Below, piece after piece: positions 48,245-60,199 of a stretch of DNA of 64,000 bases. The notes beneath the pieces are model-generated. The model was not told the DNA's origin. It saw nothing but the letters and a program-made list of their open reading frames with translations, and ran no database searches. The stretch lies in the NCBI RefSeq assembly GCF_023055435.1, contig NW_025964361.1:23064001-23128000 (forward strand), written 5' to 3'. Source of the DNA: Haliotis rufescens. Lineage: Eukaryota. Each line of letters opens with the position of its first letter. The stretch's first letter is position 1. The translations under genes were made by a program, and so were the position numbers.

Positions 48245-49429
48245 GTCAAGTCTCACGTGGTAACCACCACACCGGCACTCACGCCAAGCATGGGGCACTT
48301 ATGATCTGTGCTGCCTGGCATTCCCAATTGGGAGAGATGAACGACGCGAGAACTATATATATATATATAATATATATAACGCCAACGCAAGGGAACAAGC
48401 AGCGTCGACCATCCGCAGAAACATATTTCACTTAATGTTCTCGACACTACAAACACAATTATATTGAATGTGCTTATTTATTCTGTTGGATCTGTGTATA
48501 TATGTAGGAAATAGAAGTGTGCACCATTTCAGCTACACCTGGATGTCTTCCGTTAAAGAACATTATTACCCTTAATTTATTGACATTTCAACTGGCATTC
48601 TATTCTGGTAACCTCACTTTGTTGAGGTGTATGTTGAACAGAAACATTTATGGAGTGATATGATTTTTATAGTTGGTAGCCCCACTGGGGTTGACCTGTG
48701 ATATTTCGGAGAGCGCTGTCATGACAAATGTCTATCCTATAACTTCAGTGGCACAATCACATGTTACAGTATCTATCTTATAATCTTAGGACAACCTAGC
48801 ATAATGCATGAAATGCAACAGTATCCTGAAGCTACTGTTCCCATTGATTCACAAGGAATCGGTGTAATGTATATGTAACTGTCACGTAGATATACAGTCG
48901 TCGCCCAGAAGGTGAGGTCTCCACACTAACAATGTCCGAACTTCCGGGTAGTACTATATATGCAATACACGTAGCTAGCCTGATATATGTCAAAGCTAGT
49001 CATTGTCGTCTATCACAGACATGTGCACAGTTATATTGTGTGTCACGTAAGAATGTGCTAGATAACAAAGCATGAAGCGTTTGGACTTGTTTCAAGAGTT
49101 AGATTATGTCCGCATGATACGTGTGTGGTTCAGAAAGAACAGTGGAGACGCAACACTAGGCAGGGAGTCAATCCCGGGATAAACCTATTCTCACCAATTC
49201 CGAGTACTTATATGCATACAAAACAATCTCGTGAACCGGACGATGTGAAAGTTAACACATTGTTTATGTTAAAGAGGAACCCATAAACGAATAATCTTCA
49301 GAAATACTTTTCATTTGGCTATATCTAGACTTTTCTTATCCCTTTCCGGTATTGCGAATGCTGTCGAAGCATTTGCCGATAAATGAGCTAAAAGAGAAGA
49401 GGAGTGTTGAATGTCTTTGGGTTAAGTCA

Positions 49430-50930
49430 GTGATGTAGTCATTGATAGAATGCACAAACTGAAAAAGGAGACACAGAATTGGAATAAACCCGTTCTGTCC
49501 AAGTCAGCTGCCATCCAACGTATGGCTGCCCTGCATGAAAAGTTTGCAGTTGCTCTCACTTACAAGGCCTCAGATAACATAACCATTATATGTAAGCATC
49601 AATTGCAAGCATCAATTGTTTGATCAAAGAACTTGGTATAAGTGACATATCAAATAATGCCACATATAAGGCCAGTATGTTAACTGAGGATGAAATCTGC
49701 CAAAACCATGCATCAGTTCTATCAACTTTGACTTGACTCTAAAACCTGTCCATTCCACTGGTACAAAGAGAGATACATTGCCGGGTCCAGCAAATGTTAC
49801 ACCAAATCCCTGTCTCGATTATTAACCATAATTCTTAATACAATCAAGGAAGGACTTCCTCTATATTCACAGAAAGTATTGTGACAAGTGGAATTAATAC
49901 CACTATCCGCAAAAACTCAAAGGATTTGCTTGACTTTTTACAATCTCAGAAAGGAACCAGGTTCAATTCTGTCAAAACACTTGAATTTTCAACTTTGTCC
50001 ACCACTATCTCACATGACAAATTTAAGAAAAAACTTCATTCCTTGATCCATGGGGCTTTTGTTACAAAACTAAAGATACAGTTCGATATCTATCCAGAGG
50101 TTCCGGTCAATTTGTCAAAAATGAAAGCAAATGCGATCTGAAGTGTACTGAGAAAATATGTGAAATACTGGACTTCTTCATTGATAACATCTTTGTAAAA
50201 TTTGAGGGGAAAGACATTTAGGCAAGAAGTAGGCATCCCCAATGGGCATCAATTGTGCTCCCCTTCTTGCGGATCTGTTTCTTTATGCATATGAGTAAGA
50301 ATTTCTGTTCGGATTAGCAAATTCAAAACAAGGTTATTTGGCCAAGAAGTTTAACTTAAGCTTCAGGTATGTCGATGATCTGATATCGTTCAATAACCAT
50401 CACACATCCAATTCCCTTCCACTAATTTACCCTCCTGAACTAGAAATAAAGAAGATCAGTGAGACTGCTTCATCTGTTTCATATTCAGATCTATGCATAA
50501 AGATTCAGAATAACAAAACACTCTCCACAAAACTGTATGACAAGAGGGATGACTTCAACTTTTCAATAGTCAAATTTCCCTTTATGATGAGCAATATTCC
50601 TGCAGCTGCAGCCCTTATCGTCCATATTTCACATTTTTAGGTACAAACGAGCATGCATTTCTACCAAGATTTCACAAAGCGTCATATGTCTCTTGCTCAA
50701 AGTTGTTTCATCAAGGTTACAACATTCAAGGCCTTAGTTATGAGGTCAAAATGTTTTATGGAAGACATGTAGAGGACATTTCCAAATTTGCCGCATCCGT
50801 GACAAGAATAATGTCCAATGCAATTCCTTATTTTGACCTGTACCATATGTTCCCGTGTTTTTGCTGGTGAAGAATTATTGACTAATGTCTTGCTCCTCTC
50901 AGGCAGGATACGCTTACCTGGTACCACCAC
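49430..50930 (+). mobile_element. Decayed Penelope-like retroelement reverse transcriptase (Naiad-like type, tentative)
   Basis: Motifs across broken frames: KASDNITIICK, YKERYIAGSSKC, KNSKDLL, KTLEFSTL, FIDNIFVKF, QEVGIP/MGINCAPLLADLFLY, FRYVDDL, LYDKRDDFNFSIVKFPFMMSNIP; many stops and frameshifts. Confidence 0.9.
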
Positions 50931-52592
50931 TATTTCATAGTGATTCATAAACACATGCTCATGATATGGTCGTAATCGTACAATCGACTCCGATTCGGCA
51001 GAGATTACTAATGATTATTAAAAGGGTGTCAAGGCTTTTATTTACAGTAATCCGGAAGCAGGATTTACGATGTCCGGACTATATCTTCGATTTTCTGTGT
51101 TGTCCTTACTACCATTCAAATGGAGTTAGTCACTATACATTCCAGACATTCAACGATGGATTGCTGTAGACATAAAAAAGCTAAAGAACATTCTAACAAC
51201 AAACAGCCATCAATGGCTATCTTTTGAAAAAATATCGATATGATACCTAATCTTATAATGAAAGTATCATTTGTCTCTTGTGTGTCACTAACTTCGGGTT
51301 TGAAATTTGCATAAGAAAAGATACATGATGCACTATGAAATAATATCTCGACGTCGAAGCGTTCAGCCCAGAACAGACATTGTGCTGTGTAACAGAGCGA
51401 ATTAACACACTCAACACGTTTAGGACTTTAGGTTTGTCGAAGCACTTAACGGTTTATACATACACTTCTAAGAGCCAGACACATTCAAAAAGCTATTTGC
51501 ATTCGGTATAATTGGTTATGCTAACTAATGACATTTGTAGCAACAAAATAGTCCCAGTTGAATAGCAAGTGATGTCGTGTCAAATAACAACTGAAGGAAT
51601 ATACACAATATCATTTCTAGTAACAATGGTTCTCCAACTAATGATATGCATACACAATCGGGATCAGTTCATGGAAAGATGATTATTTAACCTACATTGC
51701 TCAACTACTGAATTCATAGTCCAATCCATAAGAAACTAATCTCGCCTTTGTGCACTCTAAATGTATAATGGGTTCCCTCTGAGGGTTGAATATTATACTC
51801 GTGTGAATATTGGCTGTCACTCTTGATGTAATATGCATGTAGTTTGCGAGATATACACTGCACTATACTGCAAGAAAAAGCCTCAAGTACATGCGCTTAC
51901 CACTGCCTCCGTGGTCTAGTGGTGGAGTGTCTGCCCGGAGTGCGGAGGGTCATACCAAAAGACGGTAAACGATGGTACTTGTTGTCACCCTGCCTGCCGA
52001 TCCAGCAAGGACTAGTCGGCTCCAAATCAGTATACTGTGCCTGAGTAGGGTATTAATTTTAAACTGCTTCAAGATATCTCAATAAGCTCTCTCTATATAT
52101 AAGTGCAATGATCTTAAATCCCATTTCAATGACACCATGTGTTCGCGAAAAGGATAAGCAAAGTCTTCAATAACAAAAGGACTACTAATATCCTTTAGTA
52201 CTCGATAGAAACGCCCAGAACTAAGCACAGACAATCGGAATAATATTTTCGTTAGTGCGGGTCAACGGTCGAGTTATAATCGTAGAAAACGTTCAGGCCT
52301 TTTCGTCCTTGTTACACGTCCAACCTGCCTTCAGCGACAATGTGCTAGGGCCAGGGTGTGGCGTACTCTGTGTGTCCGACCTGACAGAGAGTGGCCGATA
52401 CGTTAATCTCTATCACGTCAACATAGTTTTAACCTCACGTTTGTCAACATTGTCCCCCTCGAACTCCTAGTGACGGGTCGGTTGTGCGTGTTGTGTGGTC
52501 AGTTTCTATGCTAAACAATGCTATGTAAACCAACATTTGGCAACTTTTGTATAGTGTCATTACTACATTGTATTTGGTCCTATGAGAACACT

Positions 52593-55051
52593 ATGGGCAT
52601 ACATGCATCCTTCTTCGCCCTTCTTGCGACATTTGCTGCAATAACAGGTCAGTAGACTAAGTCTTTGTGCCCTGATACCATCACAATACCATATAGATAT
52701 AAGATGTTTACAGTGCTGTGTATAGATTTTGGAAACTAAATAAAAAGTTATTTTGAGGATGAATATATTTTTGAGCGATTGAAAAATTTATCACTTTAGG
52801 AATTCCCAGAAAGGTAAATATTTATATGAGTCACACGAGTACACAAGAACCAACTCAATTCTTCTGTACAAAGTTGTTTGAAAGCTCATTTTATACATCA
52901 TCAGAATTAATGTAACAGTTCAATTTCATTTGGTCAAGCGAATACAATGAACTAGTGTGCAAATAATTTATTAAATGGTGCTACAATTGCATGTTAGCAT
53001 TGCATGAATACAGACGTTTAGAAAAATGGCTTTGGAATAATATTCACATTTTCTTGTAGGCGTCGATTGTCAGTATGGCAGCGCTGCACTTAACGCGGCG
53101 GCCGGAGCGGCCTTGCATACTGCTGGTGCAGCCACTGGCATTGTCAGGTATATGGTCGTCCGAAAACCAGCACTACCGTACAGTACAGAATTTGTATTCT
53201 CTCAAATATACACATGGTGACAGAGAGAACATACATCATAACATCATATATGCACACATGATATATACAAGTCAAAACAAACACAGACACTTTTTAGTTT
53301 AGTTTGAGAGTTTACCTAGCAGGGGTACATAATCATTTTGCATTATATATTTTAACTGTGGGATTGGTACCCAAAAAATGGAATTCATTACATATTGTTA
53401 AATTACACAGATTACATAGTCTATTTTCTTTTTTTATGTCATACCATCGTCCGGTCTCAATAGGGAGTCTGTGGTTTGTTGTTCTTATTTAAGTGAGTGA
53501 ATGGTATCCTCCAAATTAAAAGTGCCTGTCTAGTATCCACTTGAATGTAAGGGGACTTACAAGTATGCCCATCAACGTAAGGGGATTCACTAGTATGCCC
53601 TTAAACGTAAGGGTTTTCACTCGTTTGCTTTTGAATGTAAGGGGATTCACAAGTATGCCCATCAACGTAAGGAGATTCACTGGTATGCCCTTAATGTAAG
53701 GGGATTCACTCGTATGCCCTTGAATGTAAGGGGATGCACTCGTATGCCCTTAAATGTGAGGGGATTCACTCGTATGCCCTTGAATGTAAGGGGATTCACT
53801 CGTATGCCCTTAAATGTGAGGGGATTCACTCGTATGCCCTTGAATGTAAGGGGATTCACTCGTATGCCCTTAAATGTGAGGGGATTCACTCGTATGCCCT
53901 TGAATGTAAGGGGATTCACTCGTATGCCCTTAAATGTGAGGGGATTCACTCGTATGCCCTTGAATGTAAGGGGATTCACTCGTATACTCGTGAATGTAGG
54001 TTGGTTCACTGGTATGCCCCTGAATGTAAGGAGGTTCACGAGTATGCCAAGGAATATAAGGAGCTTCACAAGTATGTGTCCTCTTGAATTCATTGCTATA
54101 GTCTTCGACGTGACGGGAATTGACTAATCTAATAATATGACAATACGGGTAGGCTACTCTTGTACCTTGGGAATGCACAAGCATATTCCTGCACGTAACG
54201 AGAGGCTACTAGCTGACAAGTATCCTCAGGGTTAGCCTTAGATGACTCGGACACCCCTGTCCCTCAACTGGTTGTAGAAATAAACCTGGCATCACGATCC
54301 CATACACGTGTTCAACGTTCAATGCTTACTTGCTCAATAAACTTTCCCCCTGTTATCATATTAAGTGACCACTTTAGAAAAAATGTTTGGCAATTATAAG
54401 TTTATTTTTATCGCGACCAACGGCCCTCTGTTTTTAGAAAAAGGGTAATTAAGCTGGAAATAGAATTAACAAAATAGAATTTAAAATAACCTTAATTTTA
54501 CTTTGGTATTGTTCTCACAGTAAAGGGTTAAGCACAGTTATCATCGTCGTGATCGTCATCGCCGTCCTCATCGTTCTGGCTGTCATCGGCTGCATCATCT
54601 GCTGTGTAGTCAGTTGCTCCAAGGGAAAGAGGTCGGGAAGGGTTATCGCACCTGTGAACACCCAACCACAAGTGACAGTCGCGACAACCACTGGTAGGCC
54701 GTAACTTGTTTCTAATTTCTTTTGCCCAATGCTCATGGTCAAGCTCTTACACATAGGTTCACCACATCCACCTGTTCGACTGAGGTTTGTCCGCCATTCG
54801 TTCCAGGATCTGATGATCAATTAATCGAATTAAGATTCGCTCGATTATAACTGTTGATCTCGATTCAACTTGTTAGACAATTTTCATCTATATTATGCGT
54901 TGAATGGCGTTGAAGGCGGACCCAAACTCACTAGTATGTTTAGATCATGTATTGAGAGCATACAGGTCACAGTATAACATAAAAACACTTCTGGTTTTCA
55001 GTCCCTCCAGGAAACACTGGAATGGCACCGGTTCCACATCACACACACTAA
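52593..55051 (+). CDS. Small single-pass membrane protein, CYYR1/Shisa-like paralogue Y lacking the six-Cys ectodomain, join(52593..52647,53060..53147,54521..54693,55002..55051), 121 aa
   Basis: MGIHASFFALLATFAAITGVDCQYGSAALNAAAGAALHTAGAATGIVSKGLSTVIIVVIVIAVLIVLAVIGCIICCVVSCSKGKRSGRVIAPVNTQPQVTVATTTVPPGNTGMAPVPHHTH. Signal peptide, TM helix, juxtamembrane Cys cluster; GT-AG introns of phase 1,2,1 as in paralogue Z; AATAAA at 55675-55680. Confidence 0.87.
53540..54080. repeat. 30-bp minisatellite (GGGATTCACTCGTATGCCCTTGAATGTAAG) with alternating 60-bp dimers, in intron 2 of paralogue Y
   Basis: Units alternate between TTGAATGTAAG and TTAAATGTGAG across ~53730-53980. Confidence 0.96.
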
Positions 55052-55838
55052 CAGTTACAACAGCATACACGGGACACAGTGGCGGTGTCAGTCCTCGCCT
55101 ACAGCAGTAAACTGACTGTATCTAGTATTGACGTCATTGATAAGGAATAGGGGACACGGAACACCAACGTCAAAGACGCCACAATTCGCAATCCACAGAG
55201 TTGCGGTCCTTAGATATGTGCCAGAATTCTAAATCTCAGATTCGCCCTGAGGTAATTCTTGGTTTGCCAGCACAATACCCGTGCCCGTGGGTTTCTCCAA
55301 AGTGGTAAACGGCTAAGACCTTGGATAAATTCGAGCTTTCTCACCCCTTTGAGCTGGCACGCCTCGATATAACTGAAATATTGTTCAAAGCGTTTAAACC
55401 AAAACTTACTCAATCTTTTCAACTGAGATAATCTGATTTTATTTTTTTAAACTAAGATAACAATGGATTACAGGACCTTAAATTATGAGAGTCAGTTCAA
55501 TGATATGACGTCGTGTTTATAAGGACCGCTTCGTAAGGCACCAAGACTGAACATGGCGTGGATAAGCCAAATCATCGTAACACAATATTTATAAGTTTGA
55601 GTGAAAATAACCTTCCAATAGGTGATTGTTAACATATTATTCTGTGATTTAATAAGTTGTTATTTTATCTTGTGAATAAACAACACGTGGTATTTGGAAT
55701 ATGTTCTCTGATATGTACATCTCTGTCAGTACAACGCATTCTGCCATCGCTGGAGAACATCTTAATTCCGTCTCCATAAACCAATCTTAGCACTAAGATG
55801 ACAATAATTCCCAAAGTAACACAGTAACAGGCTGCCTA

Positions 55839-55971
55839 AGCACTATTCCAGCAGTATAACGGCGGGGGACACCAGAAATGGGCTTCACACATTGTATCGA
55901 TGCTGGGAATCGAACCCGGGTCTTCGGTGTGACGAGCGAACGCTTTAACCACTAGGCTACCCGAGCGCCCC
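55839..55971 (-). mobile_element. SINE family A (3'-truncated)
   Basis: Reverse match to the head and body of the 25123 copy; another partial copy at ~59315-59386(-). Confidence 0.88.
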
Positions 55972-57542
55972 AAGAGACGTTAAAAGATTGTTAAAGCTGA
56001 ATGTTTCACTTTTAATACAGTAAACTGACTCCGACCCAACTAGTCCTTGTTTTTAGCCCCTTATGCCGAGCGCCAAACAGGGTAACAACAAGTACCATCT
56101 TTTAACGTCTTTTGGTATGACGCGATCAGGGATCGGACCACTAGGCTACCCCACCGCCCCAACACACACAGTACATTGTAACTCGCACAGTATGTCCCAT
56201 GTTTTACTCAAGGAAAGTCGTAGCGTGAATATCGTATTGTCTAATGGCTCTCCTAAAACGTGGTGTATATTATGCTGATACATTTCCTAAATAAATCGAC
56301 GTAAAACACTATGTTTTAGATTATTTAGACACTTGTGCATGGCAGCACACTGAGTATTTCGAACATCCAGATCCTCCCTGTCCTGGCACACTGCATGCTC
56401 CGTTCATATTCATATGCAAATAACTTTCAGCAGGGCTTCTAGAAGTCTGTCGTTCAGGCCCAATTCCCTGTCGAGTTGGGTCTCTTATCCGTGACGGGTT
56501 CCAAAGATAGATTGGTCCTCAACCTGTCAGCACAATACCCGAGTTAGTGACGATCCTAGCCTAGATAATACCTTCATTTAAACATTAATTTTGTCTGTGA
56601 GCACAATGACCTTGTTCTTGGGAAACGTTCACCACCTGTGTCACACTCATTCACTAGAACTGAAATAGTGTTCGCTAACACCACTCATTCTCAGTATATA
56701 TATTTCATCGTGACCAATTCAGTTATAATCGCGTACAGACCGTATACGATTACTATTCTCAACCACCTCATGTATGTCATATGGACATATCGTTTACTGG
56801 CACAAGATTCACATCAAACTACACTTGTGATGCTTTTTCAACATGTTCATTAAATATTGAATCTCCAGTCCATCAGTAACTCAGTATTCATTCCTAATAG
56901 AGATCGGTTTCAATACATTGTTTGTTTATCTGTCGACTAGTAACACACCAACAGTCTGACTGCATGTGTACCTAGAACATTGATCCACGTCAGATAAATG
57001 TACCTTAGCATGTACCGTAGTACCTTACCGTTGTTCATTTGTCGTGATCAATTCCACATGTTATTACTTAAAAACAAACTATGTTAATCAACTGATAAGG
57101 GAAGATTTCGCTGAAAAGTATTAATAGTATATACGCTATTAGTTGCAAAGTGAAGAGATTATTTGCTTTGAAATGCTTCCTTATTCATTGCAATAAACGG
57201 AATCTCTATCTCAAGCTGGTTTCACAAACCGTTTGTCCAGGCCAGACAGATAATAGACTCCATGCCGTGATGCTTATGCCGGCCACTGGAAGCCATTCGG
57301 TGATCATGGGTGAGGTATTTGATACCACCGCCACTAACACTATTACGTCTGAACGGACAGTCTACAATCAAGCACGGTCGGGATTAACAACTTGAGCTTA
57401 TATCTGTATCAAGCGCGAGTCATTGCATGAAAGAACGCCATGTTGGATATAAAACATATAACAATTGTAATTAGTAGATATTGTTTGCAAACCTATAACA
57501 TTTCATATCTTTCAATATATTTACACGCAGATAACACAGAGA

Positions 57543-57870
57543 CACCAACACAATGTCTGTCACAGAAACCATGTTGGCATTCACTGTCTAATGTCACCAA
57601 CACAATGTCTGTCACAGAAACCATGTTGGCATTCACTGTCTAATGTCACCAACACAATGTCTGTCACAGAAAACATGTTGGCATTCACTGTCTAATGTCA
57701 CCAACACAATGTCTGTCACAGAAAACATGTTGGCATTCACTGTCTAATGTCCCCAACACAATATCTGTCAAAGAAAACATGTTGGCATTCACTGTCTAAT
57801 GTCACCAACACAATGTCTGTCACAGAAAACATGTTGGCATTCACTGTCTAATGTCCCCAACACTATGTCT
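57543..57870. repeat. 52-bp minisatellite (CACCAACACAATGTCTGTCACAGAAAACATGTTGGCATTCACTGTCTAATGT), about 6 copies
   Basis: Tandem units. Confidence 0.93.
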
Positions 57871-58300
57871 CCGTCACAGACAACGAAGAGAACCAAACAC
57901 TATGCCTCTGCCAAAGACAACGAAGAGAACCAAACACTTTGTTTCTGCCACAGACAACGGAAAGAACCAGACACTGTGTCTCTACAATAGGCAACATGTT
58001 CTCATTCTATGCCACAAACAACAGAAAGAACCAAACACTATGTCTCTACAATAGGCAACATGAACTCATTCTATGCCACAGACAACAGAAAGAACCAAAC
58101 ACTATGTCTCTGCAATGGGCAACATGTTCTCATTCTAAGCCACAGACAACAGAAAGAACCAAACACTGTCTCTGCAATGGGCAACATGTTCTCATTCTAT
58201 GCCACAGACAACAGAAAGAACCAAACACTATGTCTCTGCAATGGGCAACATGTTCTCATTCTATGCCACAGACAACGCAGAGAACCAAACACTGTCTCTG
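57871..58300. repeat. ~64-bp minisatellite (GCCACAGACAACAGAAAGAACCAAACACTATGTCTCTGCAATGGGCAACATGTTCTCATTCTAT), about 5 copies plus shorter lead-in units
   Basis: Tandem units contiguous with the preceding array. Confidence 0.9.
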
Positions 58301-59032
58301 ACACAGTCAGCCTATTGACATTCACTATATAATGTCTCCAATATTATGTCTTTGTCACAGACAAAAAGCAGAGAACCAAACAGTATGTCTCTGTAGGTTA
58401 ACATGTTAGTAGATAACCTCCAAATCTTCCTTAGTTTCATATATCCCCAAACGCCTAGTGTCTTTTGAAACAAATGTACATTTGAAATTGAAATCATTTT
58501 GATATATAGATCTATATATGTAACTTTCCACAAATACCAAGACGAGTGGGTAAAAAGACCACTGTAAATTTATCCTTGTGCTCCAATTTTTGAGTCTGTC
58601 CTAATACTTGGAAGGGTAGTCAGTTAACTATTATTACAAAACAGGTACAACATGTGTAAATAAAAAATCAATTTCGGGATCTGAATTCGGGATCAGTGTG
58701 TAATTATTTTGTAAAGAAAATCAAATTTTGATGAAACGATTGTGATGAAAATATAAATTTAGTCATGCTATTATATTTTCTGTTGTATGCTGTAAACACC
58801 AGATGATGGACTGATTTGTTGATTGTAGTAATCATATTACCAGAACATATGTGTCATGTTACGGAGTACCATCCATGTTTGATCACAACACACGCAGAGG
58901 TCGTGTGAGGGCGTCAAGGACAGCGTAAAGGGCAACAACGTGATGACACAGGTTAATGTCATTTGCCTTTCAGAAAGGTTAAAGTCATCTCGATTTGTAT
59001 TTAATTCCAGACATGGCTACCCAGAGCATCCC

Positions 59033-59202
59033 TCACACATACACATACACACGCGCGCGCGCACGCACGCACGCACGCACGGAACAAAGAGACCCACACT
59101 CATACAGACACAGACACACACACGCGCGCGCACACACGCACACGCACACGCACGCACGCATGCACGCGCACACACACACACACGCACGCACGCACGCACA
59201 CA
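59033..59202. repeat. Compound (CA)n/(CG)n/(CACG)n microsatellite
   Basis: Directly visible. Confidence 0.92.
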
Positions 59203-60199
59203 AAGCCTTTGAACAATGAACATTTAGCAGGAAGGGTGTGCGTGTGTGTACATTGTTTTTTTGCAATGCGTTTTAAACAATATCGGTGAAGGAACATCCC
59301 AAATATGCTTTAAATATTGCACCCATGTGGAGAATCGAACCTGGGTCCTGCGCGTGGCGAGCGAAGACTTTAACCATAAGGCTACCACACACAGGAAGGG
59401 AATGTACAGGCATATCTATTGACGTCTAAGTAACACAATGCAATGAAAGGTATGTCGACCAGGACATGTCCTCGATGTTGTGATCCTGGGCGCAAGTAAT
59501 CAAGTAATCATTTAGAGACGTGGATATATATCTCCATCTACACTCGAACTAGATTAACTACTGTGTATAACTGACCTTGATTTCTGTCATTTCGTTCGCC
59601 TAAATTAGTTTTTACATGTGAGACGTTTTATATCAGCGTTTCTTTTGGATGCCGCTATACATCTCGCTTGTTTAATGGCGTAAAACACTTGTCTTTTACT
59701 TCATCTTCTTCAAAGTACATCAATAGACGCGTAATGAGGACGTTTCTTTATAAATTAATATTTTTAGTAAACAATAACTCTCAAATTATTTTGAATGTAT
59801 CAAATTAGGGAATCAATTCTTTTTGCAAAAACACGATCTTAATGAGTTGCATTCTTCTACTCAAATATCCATGACTCCCAAACACACACATGTAATGCGT
59901 TGATTAATATTTACATGACGGGTATCAACGTCAGTGTATCAACGTGGTAACAGTCAGCCCGACTACCACGATCCCACATACCGCTGTTCCAGTTTCACAT
60001 ATCAAGTTGATATTTAGCATCTGTTCCCGTTTATCGTCCACGATCTGCTTATAGAGATATTGATTTCTCGTCACTGTTTCTGCATAGTAGTTATCAACAT
60101 CAGACATGCATTTGATATAGTTGAAACTGCTTGATCAAACCACCTTTATGATTTGTTTGAAAGCTTCAGGGTGTTCAGTGAGTATGCTTGAGCACTGAC

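Noticed and set aside
48091-48435. Poly-Gly and poly-Pro ORFs
   Set aside because: Produced by the G52 homopolymer.
54515-54820. 101-aa minus-strand ORF (and 62505..62735 on the plus strand)
   Set aside because: Antisense or off-frame shadows of the TM exons of paralogues Y and Z.
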